From: an uncultured bacterium
GTDB lineage: Bacteria; Cyanobacteriota; Cyanobacteriia; Thermostichales; Thermostichaceae
Direction of reading: 5' to 3'
NCBI GenBank assembly: GCA_964443615.1
Contig: CAYUEE010000002.1
Span: 32,076-96,075, forward strand
Length of the DNA: 64,000 nucleotides
In this document: positions 32,727 to 41,049 of the stretch, in pieces
Layout: each line of letters starts with the position of its first letter
How positions within the stretch are numbered: the stretch's first letter is position 1
The notes under the pieces: model-generated
What the model saw: the letters and a program-made list of their open reading frames with translations, nothing else
The model's database searches: none
What the model was told of the DNA's origin: nothing
Translations under genes and position numbers: made by a program

Positions 32727-34022
32727 TCAGCTGGCTAGCGGCGGAACTGGCTGGTCCCCCACAGGATCCTCAAGTGACATGGACTGATTCAGCCGACCAA
32801 TGCTAGACAAAATGTCGGACTGTTCAACAATACCCTTGAAGTGCCCGCTTGAATCGACAACAGCAATTGGGATATCTTGATCGAGATAACGGAAGACATC
32901 TTCAAGACTGGTAGTGGCATCCACCTTGGGGAAATCTGTCACCATCGCAGTGCTGATATCAGTTTCACCCTGCTGCATTGCTTGGGCCAATGAGGCCTCA
33001 CGGATGATTCCGGCAGGAAAACCGTGACGGTCGACAACATACAGTTCATCAAGGTTGTGAATCTGCATCTGTTCCTGAGCCGCTCGGAGGGAGTCTCTCC
33101 CTAAAATGACGTGAATAGTCTTGCGAGCAATGGATCCTGTCTTCAGCACCTGAGCCCGGTTGACATCAGCGGTGAATCGAGCAATGTAGTCATCGGCTGG
33201 ATTTGTGATGATGTCTTCAGGGGTACCCACCTGGACAAAATAACCGTCACGCATCACCGCAACCCGATCACCAATTTTGAGTGCTTCTTGAATGTCGTGG
33301 GTAATAAAAACGATGGTCTTATGAAAAGAATCCTGTAGTCGCATTAATTCATCTTGCATATCGCGTCGGATTAACGGATCCAGAGCACTGAACGCTTCAT
33401 CCATAAGCAAAATGTCAGGATCCGTAGCTAACGCTCGGGCCAGACCCACACGTTGCTGCATCCCGCCACTCAGATTTGAAGGCAAACGATCTGCCCACTG
33501 CCGCAATCCCACAATTTCTAGCGTTTCAAGGGCTTTCTGACGTCGCTGTGTGGGGTCAACACCTTGAACTTTGAGGCCATACTCCGTGTTTTCAACAACA
33601 GTCTTGTGGGGAAAGAGGCCGAACTTCTGGAACACCATGGCTACTTTTGTGCGTCGGATCTGCCGCAGCCGCACATCATCAGCCGCTAAGACATCCTCAT
33701 TGTCAATGTAGACGTGTCCCCCAGTAGGTGGAATCAAACGGTTGAGGCAGCGAACCATCGTTGATTTACCGGACCCGGATAAGCCCATGATCACGAAAAG
33801 TTCACCTGCTTTAATCTCAACATTGATGCCTGCAACAGCTAGAACATTACCGGTGGCTTGAAAAATGGCATCGCGAGTGTAGCCTTGCTCAAATTGCTTG
33901 AGAGCTCGCTCAGGATCCTTGCCAAACACCTTAACTAAATTTTCGATCCGAATCTTAGTCGGAGCCGAACTCTGGCTAGATTGATCAGACTGAGATTGAA
34001 CAGATTGAATTGTAGACTCCAT
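32727..34022 (-). CDS. proV: Glycine betaine/proline ABC transporter ATP-binding protein with a C-terminal CBS pair
   Basis: Walker A (GLSGSGKST), signature (LSGGMQQRVGLARAL), Walker B (ILLMDEAFSALD) and a tandem CBS region. Confidence 0.95.
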   Translation of the reverse strand: MESTIQSVQSQSDQSSQSSAPTKIRIENLVKVFGKDPERALKQFEQGYTRDAIFQATGNVLAVAGINVEIKAGELFVIMGLSGSGKSTMVRCLNRLIPPTGGHVYIDNEDVLAADDVRLRQIRRTKVAMVFQKFGLFPHKTVVENTEYGLKVQGVDPTQRRQKALETLEIVGLRQWADRLPSNLSGGMQQRVGLARALATDPDILLMDEAFSALDPLIRRDMQDELMRLQDSFHKTIVFITHDIQEALKIGDRVAVMRDGYFVQVGTPEDIITNPADDYIARFTADVNRAQVLKTGSIARKTIHVILGRDSLRAAQEQMQIHNLDELYVVDRHGFPAGIIREASLAQAMQQGETDISTAMVTDFPKVDATTSLEDVFRYLDQDIPIAVVDSSGHFKGIVEQSDILSSIGRLNQSMSLEDPVGDQPVPPLAS

Positions 34023-34069
34023 GACACTCTGTGATTAACTGCTTGCACGCTTATGACAAACAGGGTTGG

Positions 34070-34163
34070 CAGAATCACTGGATCTCTTAGAACTACTGGA
34101 TCCTCTCAGAATCACTGGATCCTCTCAGAATCACTGGATCCTCTCAGAATCACTAGATCTTTA
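34070..34163. repeat. 19-bp tandem repeat, 5 copies (CAGAATCACTGGATCCTCT)
   Basis: Direct reading shows two perfect central copies flanked by degenerate ones. It begins 48 bp upstream of the proV start codon. Confidence 0.9.
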
Positions 34164-34740
34164 CAGTGGCCTAACCGAGTCTGACTTAAACGTTCTTAAG
34201 ATCCACACTATAATACCATAGAGGGAGCTATTTAAATTAGTAAGCCCTGACAAGCCAGCCCTGAGCCCAGATCTAGTCCGAAATCAATACAGTTAAATCT
34301 CTGCGATTGGTTAGGATGATTGCGTAGACAGCGAGAACAATTCCTCAGAACTCTAAGCGCAAAACGAGTAGTTTGTGGAGTCTGCTAAGCTAGCATTTCC
34401 TCTAGGACTGAAGCTGTTCTTAGCAAACAAAACCCTTAGGAATTCTCTTGGATTTGAGTCTATAAGCTGAGGTCGGGTTGGTGACGTTTCTCTTTGATGA
34501 ATGTGTTGAAGCTGCTTGCAGTTATGGATTTTAAAGAGGATCAACTATAGGCTGGCTAGCCTCCCGCTGTAATCGCCAACCCAGGAGCCCTCCCTTAAAG
34601 AAGGAATAATGAGTACTAGTATCTCCAGCCCCGGTGCGCGCCTCCACCTTTACTCGGACTCGGCCCTGGCGATCTTCTGAGACTAGTAAGCCGGGAGAAA
34701 ACGAGAGAACATCAACTTCCTGCAATGCTTCAACGCGCTC

Positions 34741-34944
34741 TCAATCAGGGAGCTGACCATTTAAGCTACTGATATAGTTTGAAGACAATTTGGTGCCTAA
34801 ATACTCTTCAACTTGTGGCGTCCCTTGGTTAATGAGGCTCGCTCGTCGACTGTAGAGGTAGCCGATTCCGCCTAAGCTAACCACTACAGCCATCACAATA
34901 CCGGCAGGACTTTTGAGGGTTTGAGCATCAATTTTGATTTCCAT
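34741..34944 (-). CDS. Hypothetical small single-TM protein (67 aa)
   Basis: ATG at 34944 has an AGGTG-like SD. The sequence is MEIKIDAQTLKSPAGIVMAVVVSLGGIGYLY... It lies directly downstream of mreD. Confidence 0.35.
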   Translation of the reverse strand: MEIKIDAQTLKSPAGIVMAVVVSLGGIGYLYSRRASLINQGTPQVEEYLGTKLSSNYISSLNGQLPD

Positions 34945-35019
34945 CACGACACCTACAGATTCAACGACAGGCTCAACGACAGGTTCAGCATCACAATCGA
35001 CACTATCATCACACCCCAA

Positions 35020-35592
35020 TCACCGATGCAGCGACCACCAGCGGCTTAACGGGACATGCACAACTGGTGCCCATAAACTCGTCAAGATGGCCGAGGTTAA
35101 CGTGATCCGTTGATGATTACTCCAAATGCTATCTAACGTACGAAAGTCTGACCAGTCTAAGGATCCGGACTCTGGTGATTCAGCCGCCATTGAAAGGAAG
35201 AGAGTCCACTGTAGGGCCATGACCGTTTCCGCCACGACTACCATGCCAAACACAATCAGAGCGACGGAAATGAAATCTTCCTGCATGTAACGTTGCTTCT
35301 GGAGCCGAGCGGTAAGCCAGCCTACTATCGCTAGACCAATGGCGTGAGTGGGCAAGGCCCGAGTCAAACTATCTTGCAAAAAGCCCAGAGCAATCCCAGC
35401 AATAGTCCCCTGCCAAGCCGAGCGCTGCAGGCTCCAGCACACCACCCAAATTAAAGGCCAGTTGGGCACTAACCCATCTAATTCCATCCCAGGCCCTGAT
35501 AACCAGGAGGCAAGAACAGCAATGCTAGCGGATAACGGGATACCCACCCACACACTGGCTTGCTTAAGGATCTGCGGTAACCGATTGAGCAT
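35020..35592 (-). CDS. mreD: Rod shape-determining protein MreD
   Basis: 190 aa hydrophobic protein. It overlaps the mreC 3' end and occupies the canonical third position of mreBCD. Confidence 0.8.
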   Translation of the reverse strand: MLNRLPQILKQASVWVGIPLSASIAVLASWLSGPGMELDGLVPNWPLIWVVCWSLQRSAWQGTIAGIALGFLQDSLTRALPTHAIGLAIVGWLTARLQKQRYMQEDFISVALIVFGMVVVAETVMALQWTLFLSMAAESPESGSLDWSDFRTLDSIWSNHQRITLTSAILTSLWAPVVHVPLSRWWSLHR

Positions 35593-36442
35593 ACGTATAG
35601 ATGAGCCCCCACTCCAACAGACCCAAAGGCGCTGACAATTCTACCATCGCTTGTGGAGCGGGACTGGCATCAAGGTCGACAGACCGAACTTTGCCCACCA
35701 TAACTCCCGCTGGGTAGAGGCTGCTTAGGCCCGAGGTGACAACGGTATCGCCCACTTCAATCGCGAGCTCTTTATCAAAAAAGGATAGGACGGCGTCTTG
35801 GGATCCGGTCCCCCGCAATACCCCCATATGGCGCGTCCGGCTGAGCATTACTCCAACTCGGCTGGTGGGATCACTAATTAGCAGAACACGGCTTGTATTT
35901 CGTGTCACCTCTTCCACTCGACCCACTAAGCCACCAGGGGCCATGACGACGTAGCCGGGTTGGATTCCTTGGGTGTGGCCCCGACCGAGCGTCAATTGTT
36001 GCCACCAATGGTCTGCCCCACGGCCAATCACAGGAGCTGGGAGTCCTTCCCCGGTAATCTGTTCGGAGAAGCCTAATAGTCGTTTCAATTCCTGATTTTG
36101 GTACTCCAGTTCTGCCACTCTGGCTTGGAGCTCTTGGCTGGTGGCGTTGGCCAGGATCCGCTCCACTTCAGGCGATGGATGCCACGGCGATGTAACCCAA
36201 TAGAAGGCGTCAACTAGAACGGATCCTTGCGTGTGGCGAATGCCCCAGGCGGCGAGGATGACCAGAGTAGAGGTCAGAATCGTTATGTTGTGCCGTGACC
36301 ACCATTTCCGAAGTCCATCCATTGTTATGCCTCGATGCCTGCTGGCGCTAAACAGCCGGAGCGTCTCCTCACGGAGTGTGCTACCAGAGTAATCTCTCTG
36401 AGTCATGGATTGGCATGATCTGAGGGCGTAGCCTACGATCAC
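35564..36442 (-). CDS. mreC: Rod shape-determining protein MreC
   Basis: N-terminal TM helix, a coiled-coil (ELQARVAELEYQNQELKRL) and beta-barrel domains (GLVGRVEEV..., YPAGVMVGKV). The start is uncertain: GTG 36442, ATG 36406 or ATG 36322. Confidence 0.88.
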   Translation of the reverse strand: MIVGYALRSCQSMTQRDYSGSTLREETLRLFSASRHRGITMDGLRKWWSRHNITILTSTLVILAAWGIRHTQGSVLVDAFYWVTSPWHPSPEVERILANATSQELQARVAELEYQNQELKRLLGFSEQITGEGLPAPVIGRGADHWWQQLTLGRGHTQGIQPGYVVMAPGGLVGRVEEVTRNTSRVLLISDPTSRVGVMLSRTRHMGVLRGTGSQDAVLSFFDKELAIEVGDTVVTSGLSSLYPAGVMVGKVRSVDLDASPAPQAMVELSAPLGLLEWGLIYTYAQSVTADP

Positions 36443-36468
36443 CGACTGCCCGAGCCTAGTGCCTAGTG

Positions 36469-37515
36469 CTATGACCCCCCTTTAAAGCTGTTGCTTAAGA
36501 CTCGACCCAATCGTTTGAAGTCTTCTAATACCCGGCCTGTGCCGAGCACAACACAGCTCAACGGATCCGCCGCGATGTGGACGAGAATGCCGGTTTCATG
36601 GCTGATGAGGGCATCGAGACCTTTGAGCAGAGCGCCCCCTCCGGCTAGCATGATGCCCCGGTCAATGATGTCCGCTGCGAGCTCAGGGGGAGTGCGTTCG
36701 AGGGTGCGTTTGATGGCTTCAACAATGACCGAGAGGGGCTCAGCCATACTTTCGCGGATCTCAGGGCTCTTGATGGTGACGGTGCGGGGCAAGCCGGAAA
36801 GAAGGTGGAGGCCTCTCACTTCCATAATGATTTCTTCTTGAATGGGATAGGCAGAGCCAATCTGAATCTTGATTTCTTCAGCGGTGCGTTCCCCAATGAC
36901 GAGGTTGTGGACTTTTTTCATGTACTGGGCAATGGATTCACTGAGCTCGTCTCCCGCTACCCGTACGGATTCACTGAGTACAATCCCTTGCAAGCTGAGA
37001 ACGGCGACTTCGGTGGTTCCCCCGCCAATATCAATGATCATGTTGCCGGTTGGATCCTCTACTGGCAATCCAGCGCCAATGGCGGCAGCGACCGGTTCAT
37101 CCACTAGGTAGACTTCACGGGATCCGGCTTGGTAGGCGGCTTCCATTACCGCTCGTCGTTCAACGCCGGTGACACCACTGGGGATGCCGATGACGATGCG
37201 GGGAGCAATAAGATAACGACCTTCATGAACGCGTTGAATAAAATGTTTCAGCATCATTTCAGCGGTGTCAAAGTCGGCAATCACGCCATCGCGCAGGGGC
37301 CGGACCGCAATGATGTTACCAGGGGTTCGTCCCAGCATTTTTTTGGCTTCTTCGCCAACCGCTAGGGCCGTCTTGGTGTTTTGATCAATAGCCACGACAG
37401 ACGGCTCCTGTAAGACGATGCCTCGACCAGCCACATAAACTAATGTGTTGGCAGTTCCGAGATCGATCCCCATATCCCGAGAAAAACGGCTAAACAGTCC
37501 CACGGCTAGCTCCAC
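36469..37515 (-). CDS. mreB: Rod shape-determining protein MreB (actin-like ATPase)
   Basis: [23 protein letters not shown], and [18 protein letters not shown] start at 37515, with GTG at 37503 as an alternative. Confidence 0.97.
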   Translation of the reverse strand: MELAVGLFSRFSRDMGIDLGTANTLVYVAGRGIVLQEPSVVAIDQNTKTALAVGEEAKKMLGRTPGNIIAVRPLRDGVIADFDTAEMMLKHFIQRVHEGRYLIAPRIVIGIPSGVTGVERRAVMEAAYQAGSREVYLVDEPVAAAIGAGLPVEDPTGNMIIDIGGGTTEVAVLSLQGIVLSESVRVAGDELSESIAQYMKKVHNLVIGERTAEEIKIQIGSAYPIQEEIIMEVRGLHLLSGLPRTVTIKSPEIRESMAEPLSVIVEAIKRTLERTPPELAADIIDRGIMLAGGGALLKGLDALISHETGILVHIAADPLSCVVLGTGRVLEDFKRLGRVLSNSFKGGS

Positions 37516-37706
37516 GCGTAATAAACAGAAGTGCTACTTAATGTACTCAACCCACGGGTCTTGTCCAGATACTGATCTGAGTTGGATCTCTTTCGGGAAC
37601 GGGCACGGTACAGGATCCTCAAAATCTGGTCTACGGGTCAGCCCAATGCATTTAAGACTGGAGCCCAAGAGTCTCACGCCTACAGTTTGCCTATTTCCTC
37701 CCCTAA

Positions 37707-37745
37707 AATCCACTGAGCAGATCCACTGAGCGGATCCACTGAGCT
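37707..37745. repeat. 13-bp tandem repeat (GATCCACTGAGC-type, 3 copies)
   Basis: aatccactgagc agatccactgagc ggatccactgagc, in the mreB upstream region. Confidence 0.75.
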
Positions 37746-37879
37746 GAAGAGTGTTTGAACAGATGTTGAGAACCGACTTAGATCGGGTTGGATCCTAATT
37801 GGCCTGATGCTTTCAGTTACCTGCTCTGTGTTGAGAGAGGCGATCTGCACTATGGAGGCGACACTATTGCTTCCATCAT

Positions 37880-38215
37880 GACTAAGCTACGGTTTGTCGC
37901 AGCTACTTTACCGGTTGTAATTACTAAGTTAAGGCTTGAGTTAACTCAGCTGCTGCCCAAATAACTTAAGTTATGGCTGACAAAAGCTTAGCTACAGATT
38001 ACTTTAGCTAAAATACAATTAGCAATTTTTAAGTTAGGACTTACTGTAACTAGATCAAAGCTTGCAATAATTAAATTACAACTTGTAATAGCTTGATTAT
38101 AAATTGCAATAGCTTAGCCATAGGTTACTAAAACTTGGTTACGAGTTGCAAAAGCTTAGTTGCAGGTTACAATAACTCAATTACAGGTTGCAATAACTTA
38201 GTTGCGGATTGTAAT
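37880..38215. repeat. Exactly phased 21-bp degenerate tandem array, about 16 units (consensus ARCTTAGYTRCAGGTTRCAAT)
   Basis: Units read in strict 21-bp register. Examples: 38153-38173 AGCTTAGTTGCAGGTTACAAT, 38174-38194 AACTCAATTACAGGTTGCAAT, 38195-38215 AACTTAGTTGCGGATTGTAAT, 38090-38110 AGCTTGATTATAAATTGCAAT, 37901-37921 AGCTACTTTACCGGTTGTAAT. The array is AT-rich, contains no GGATCC, and has stop codons in all six frames. Confidence 0.85.
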
Positions 38216-38292
38216 AATATAATAGGAGAAACTAAGTGTAAGCAGAATCCTATTTTTTTAAGGTTAGAAGGATCCTGCTTGTGGTTTTATAA

Positions 38293-39114
38293 TTATTGTG
38301 AGACTTGTTTGACTACAGGAAATTGAATTTCAGTAACATAGTCAGCATTATCTTGCTCAGGGCCACCTTTTAAGTAAATTTCTCGACTTGGTCCAGTAAT
38401 AGTGTACTGATTTGCTTCAATCCACTTCATCATATCGTTGTAAGCTGAGGGAATGGTGGTATAACTCCCGTGGTAGACAACACAAGCCATCTCTGCCACT
38501 GCCGGTAGGGTTTGATAACGAATGCGCTCGGTTTCAGGGACAGATCCGGCCACGCTCAGCACCGCCTCCCCGTCAACATCCTGTTCCTTATAATCCGGGT
38601 CATGCCAGAGTGCGGCTAGATAGGATCCAGGTTGAGCTCCGTGTTCAAAGGTATGGTGATACAGCTCTGCAATGGTTTGACCAATCCCGGAGTAACTGGG
38701 TAGAGTCTCGCGGATGGAAATCACAGTAATTTCTTCAATTGATTTGATCACAACATCATGGGATGACATACTCGTTTCCTCGTCAAGATAAGTGAGCAAT
38801 ACGTCAATCTGAGCCAATCGTTTTTGTTCAAGTTCCAATTGAGCTAGCAATTCCGCCTGCTTCAACTTCAACATGCCCCGGATCTCCTCCACCGATAGGG
38901 ACTCACTCAGGAGTTGATGGATCTGCTCTAACGTCAACCCAATCCCCTTGAGCGCCAGGATCCGGTTCAATCGGGGTAACTGCTCTACGGTGTAGTAGCG
39001 ATAGCCGGTCTCGGGGTCAACCCAGGCGGGTGGCAGTAACCCTTTGTGATCATAAAGACGTAACGCTTTAATAGAGACCTGACCCAACTTGGAGAAGGTG
39101 CTGATCTTGAACAT
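38293..39114 (-). CDS. MerR-family transcriptional regulator with a GyrI-like (BmrR-type) effector-binding domain
   Basis: N-terminal MerR HTH (FKISTFSKLGQVSIKALRLYDHKGLL...GYRYY), a coiled-coil linker, and a C-terminal domain of about 150 aa resembling GyrI-like ligand-binding domains. Confidence 0.88.
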   Translation of the reverse strand: MFKISTFSKLGQVSIKALRLYDHKGLLPPAWVDPETGYRYYTVEQLPRLNRILALKGIGLTLEQIHQLLSESLSVEEIRGMLKLKQAELLAQLELEQKRLAQIDVLLTYLDEETSMSSHDVVIKSIEEITVISIRETLPSYSGIGQTIAELYHHTFEHGAQPGSYLAALWHDPDYKEQDVDGEAVLSVAGSVPETERIRYQTLPAVAEMACVVYHGSYTTIPSAYNDMMKWIEANQYTITGPSREIYLKGGPEQDNADYVTEIQFPVVKQVSQ

Positions 39115-39140
39115 CCAATTGGCTGATTCACGTCATCGTT

Positions 39141-39171
39141 AGTAAACACCCTGCCCTGATAGGAGAGTCAA
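39141..39171 (-). promoter_or_regulatory. Candidate MerR-type promoter (TTGACT, 19-bp spacer, TTTACT) for the MerR-family gene
   Basis: On the minus strand: TTGACTCTCCTATCAGGGCAGGGTGTTTACT. A 19-bp spacer is characteristic of MerR-controlled promoters. The spacer holds only an imperfect dyad. Confidence 0.35.
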
Positions 39172-39200
39172 GCGCATAATTGTTGGGCCAGGTTAGTTTA

Positions 39201-39266
39201 AATGATTGGATTGACGGAGATAATAAATGATTGACGGAGATAATAAATGATTGACGGAGATGATTA
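39201..39266. repeat. 20-bp tandem repeat (GATTGACGGAGATAATAAAT, about 2.7 copies)
   Basis: Copies at 39209-39228 and 39229-39248, with a partial third copy from 39249. It lies in the divergent merR-like / ada-like intergenic region, and each unit carries TTGACG. Confidence 0.85.
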
Positions 39267-39409
39267 CGTGAATGAGTGTCTCCACCTGAGGATCCGATTC
39301 AGCCTGCCGCCGCGACGCAAGATATGGGTGGTTAAGCTCGGGGTAGACCTTCTATCTTGACAAGGATCCTACCCGGATCCAAACCGAGACTAAAGCTACA
39401 ACTAAGACT

Positions 39410-40372
39410 ATGACAGCGCCCGTTGACTCCACCGTTGAATCGAGCGAAGCCTATCACTACATCGCCGCCGCGATTGAATTTATCCGTGAGCACCACCGCT
39501 CCCAACCGGATTTAGCAACCATTGCCCGACATGTCCATCTCAGTGAATTCCATTTTCAACGGCTGTTCACCAAATGGGCCGGCATTAGCCCTAAACGCTT
39601 TTTGCAGTACCTGACCGTCGACTACGCCAAATCTCGATTACTGGAGTCCACCAGCCTGCTAACTCTAACCTCAGAAGTTGGGCTCTCCAGTCCTGGGCGT
39701 CTCCACGATTGGTTCGTCCACCTCGACGCCATGTCACCGGGCGAGGTTAAGCAGGGGGGCACTGGGATCCGTATTCAGTACGGCCTCCACCCCACCCCCT
39801 TCGGTCCCTGTTTACTCGCCACCACCCCGCGCGGCATTTGCACCCTTCAGTTCACCCCGACCCTCGATCCCGATTGGCCCCTCACCGTTCTCACACACGA
39901 ATGGCCTCAGGCTGACCTTGTCAAGGATCCTCAGAGTACAGGTGCCCTCTGTCAACGCATCTTTGGCTCTGACCCCGATCGGGATCCGTTGGCCCCGCCG
40001 ATTAATCTGCACATTAAAGGCACTAACTTTCAAATTCAGGTGTGGCGAGCACTTCTATCAATCCCCTTTGGCCAGCTAACCACCTACAAAGGAGTGGCCG
40101 AAACAGTAGGGCGTCCGCAAGCGGCGCGAGCAGTCGGTACCGCCATTGGCCTCAATCCCGTTGCGATTCTTATTCCCTGTCATCGGGTTCTACGCCAGTC
40201 AGGTGAGTTAGGGGGATATCGATGGGGGCTCACCCGCAAATGCGCTCTCCTAGGATGGGAAGCCAGTCAGCGAGACGGATCCGGGCTGCAGCATCAGTTC
40301 GATAGAGTAGAGACCGAGGGAGATCACAGGGAGCTCTCATCAGGTGGACTGAACCCAAACGCCAGAACTTGA
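39410..40372 (+). CDS. Ada-like bifunctional protein: AraC-type HTH plus O6-methylguanine-DNA methyltransferase domain
   Basis: AraC-type HTH (LSEFHFQRLFTKWAGISPKRFLQYL). MGMT active site IPCHRV within LIPCHRVLRQSGELGGYRWG. Confidence 0.9.
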   Translation: MTAPVDSTVESSEAYHYIAAAIEFIREHHRSQPDLATIARHVHLSEFHFQRLFTKWAGISPKRFLQYLTVDYAKSRLLESTSLLTLTSEVGLSSPGRLHDWFVHLDAMSPGEVKQGGTGIRIQYGLHPTPFGPCLLATTPRGICTLQFTPTLDPDWPLTVLTHEWPQADLVKDPQSTGALCQRIFGSDPDRDPLAPPINLHIKGTNFQIQVWRALLSIPFGQLTTYKGVAETVGRPQAARAVGTAIGLNPVAILIPCHRVLRQSGELGGYRWGLTRKCALLGWEASQRDGSGLQHQFDRVETEGDHRELSSGGLNPNART

Positions 40373-40480
40373 ATCGTGTTAAGGATGATCTCACACCGGA
40401 TTGACTCAGGATATGGTGAGTAGATGTTATTTCCTAATTGTCCTTTTTAAGGCGGATCCTGTGGTCTACCGTGTAACGAT
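40358..40480 (+). repeat. Direct repeat copy A (ada 3' end, intergenic leader and first 7 codons of the dehydrogenase start)
   Basis: 123 bp matching 40927-41049. The first ~57 bp differ at one position, the middle has diverged, and the last ~30 bp are nearly identical, including GTGGTCTACCGTGTAACGAT. Confidence 0.9.
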
Positions 40481-40757
40481 AGCGGCGGCTTGCATGGTTT
40501 TAAATATTTGCTTGGCTGGGCAAGCTCTGGGCTTTTTCACAGAAGATTGGTGGATTGTGAGTCTGGTTTGTGTCCTGCCATTCACGATCATTTTGTTTCC
40601 GAGCTTTTTTGCAGAGACCGCCCGTTGGGGATTAATGGCTTCCCTCGCCTCTGACTACTCTCGTGGAATCCCACCTGTTGTGATGAGTACCCTTGGTTGG
40701 ATCCTGATGGGCATCATGACAGTTCGATTTATTACGGCATCATTGAATGAGAGCTAA
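40461..40757 (+). CDS. Hypothetical small membrane protein (98 aa) initiated from a duplicated copy of the dehydrogenase translation start
   Basis: GTG at 40461 is preceded by AAGGCGGA. The first residues VVYRVT are identical to the start of the downstream dehydrogenase. The rest forms about three TM helices. Expression is unproven. Confidence 0.4.
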   Translation: MVYRVTIAAACMVLNICLAGQALGFFTEDWWIVSLVCVLPFTIILFPSFFAETARWGLMASLASDYSRGIPPVVMSTLGWILMGIMTVRFITASLNES

Positions 40758-40838
40758 ATGTATTGACTGGTGACTCCTCCTCATGTGATCGCAAGACTCC
40801 CTAAAGATCAAGTCTCACATCAAGTGCGCGTTCTCAGG

Positions 40839-40920
40839 CCCGTTGAATCCACAGTTGCATCAATCGAAGCCTGTCACTCCGTCGCCGCCGCGATTCAATT
40901 CATCCGTGAGCACCACCACT
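40839..40920 (+). pseudogene. Relic copy of the ada-like gene 5' end (codons ~4-30), fused to repeat copy B
   Basis: 82 bp aligned without gaps to 39419-39500, with about 85 percent identity by eye. It translates as PVESTVASIEACHSVAAAIQFIREHHH and then stops. Confidence 0.75.
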
Positions 40921-40926
40921 GACCAG

Positions 40927-41049
40927 AACGCCAGAACTTGAATCGTGTTAAGGATGACCTCACACCGGATTGACTCAGGATATAGTAGATAGCTGTCATT
41001 TTCTAACTGTCATTTTTAAGGAGTATCCTGTGGTCTACCGTGTAACGAT
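40927..41049 (+). repeat. Direct repeat copy B (partner of 40358-40480)
   Basis: See copy A. It contains the AAGGAG SD and the GTG start of the dehydrogenase gene. Confidence 0.9.

Noticed and set aside
34070-34163. Possible CRISPR arrays among the many tandem repeats (139-220, 34070-34163, 37880-38215, 39201-39266, 44663-44710)
   Set aside because: The units are directly abutting with no unique spacers. Unit lengths are 9-21 bp rather than about 28-37 bp repeats with spacers, and no cas genes are in the window.
34353-34725. ORFs 34353-34544 and 34531-34725 (minus strand), downstream of the mreD-associated small gene
   Set aside because: Both begin at non-ATG codons without an SD, overlap each other, and have no family signature. 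The region is more likely the 3' UTR or spacer before the proV control region.
37880-38215. The 21-bp array as an intact gene for a heptad-repeat (coiled-coil-like) protein
   Set aside because: Stop codons occur in all six frames across the array (TAG within CTTAG, TAA at unit junctions, TAA and TGA on the reverse strand). Only a 63-aa frame survives at its end. At best it is a decayed coding repeat.
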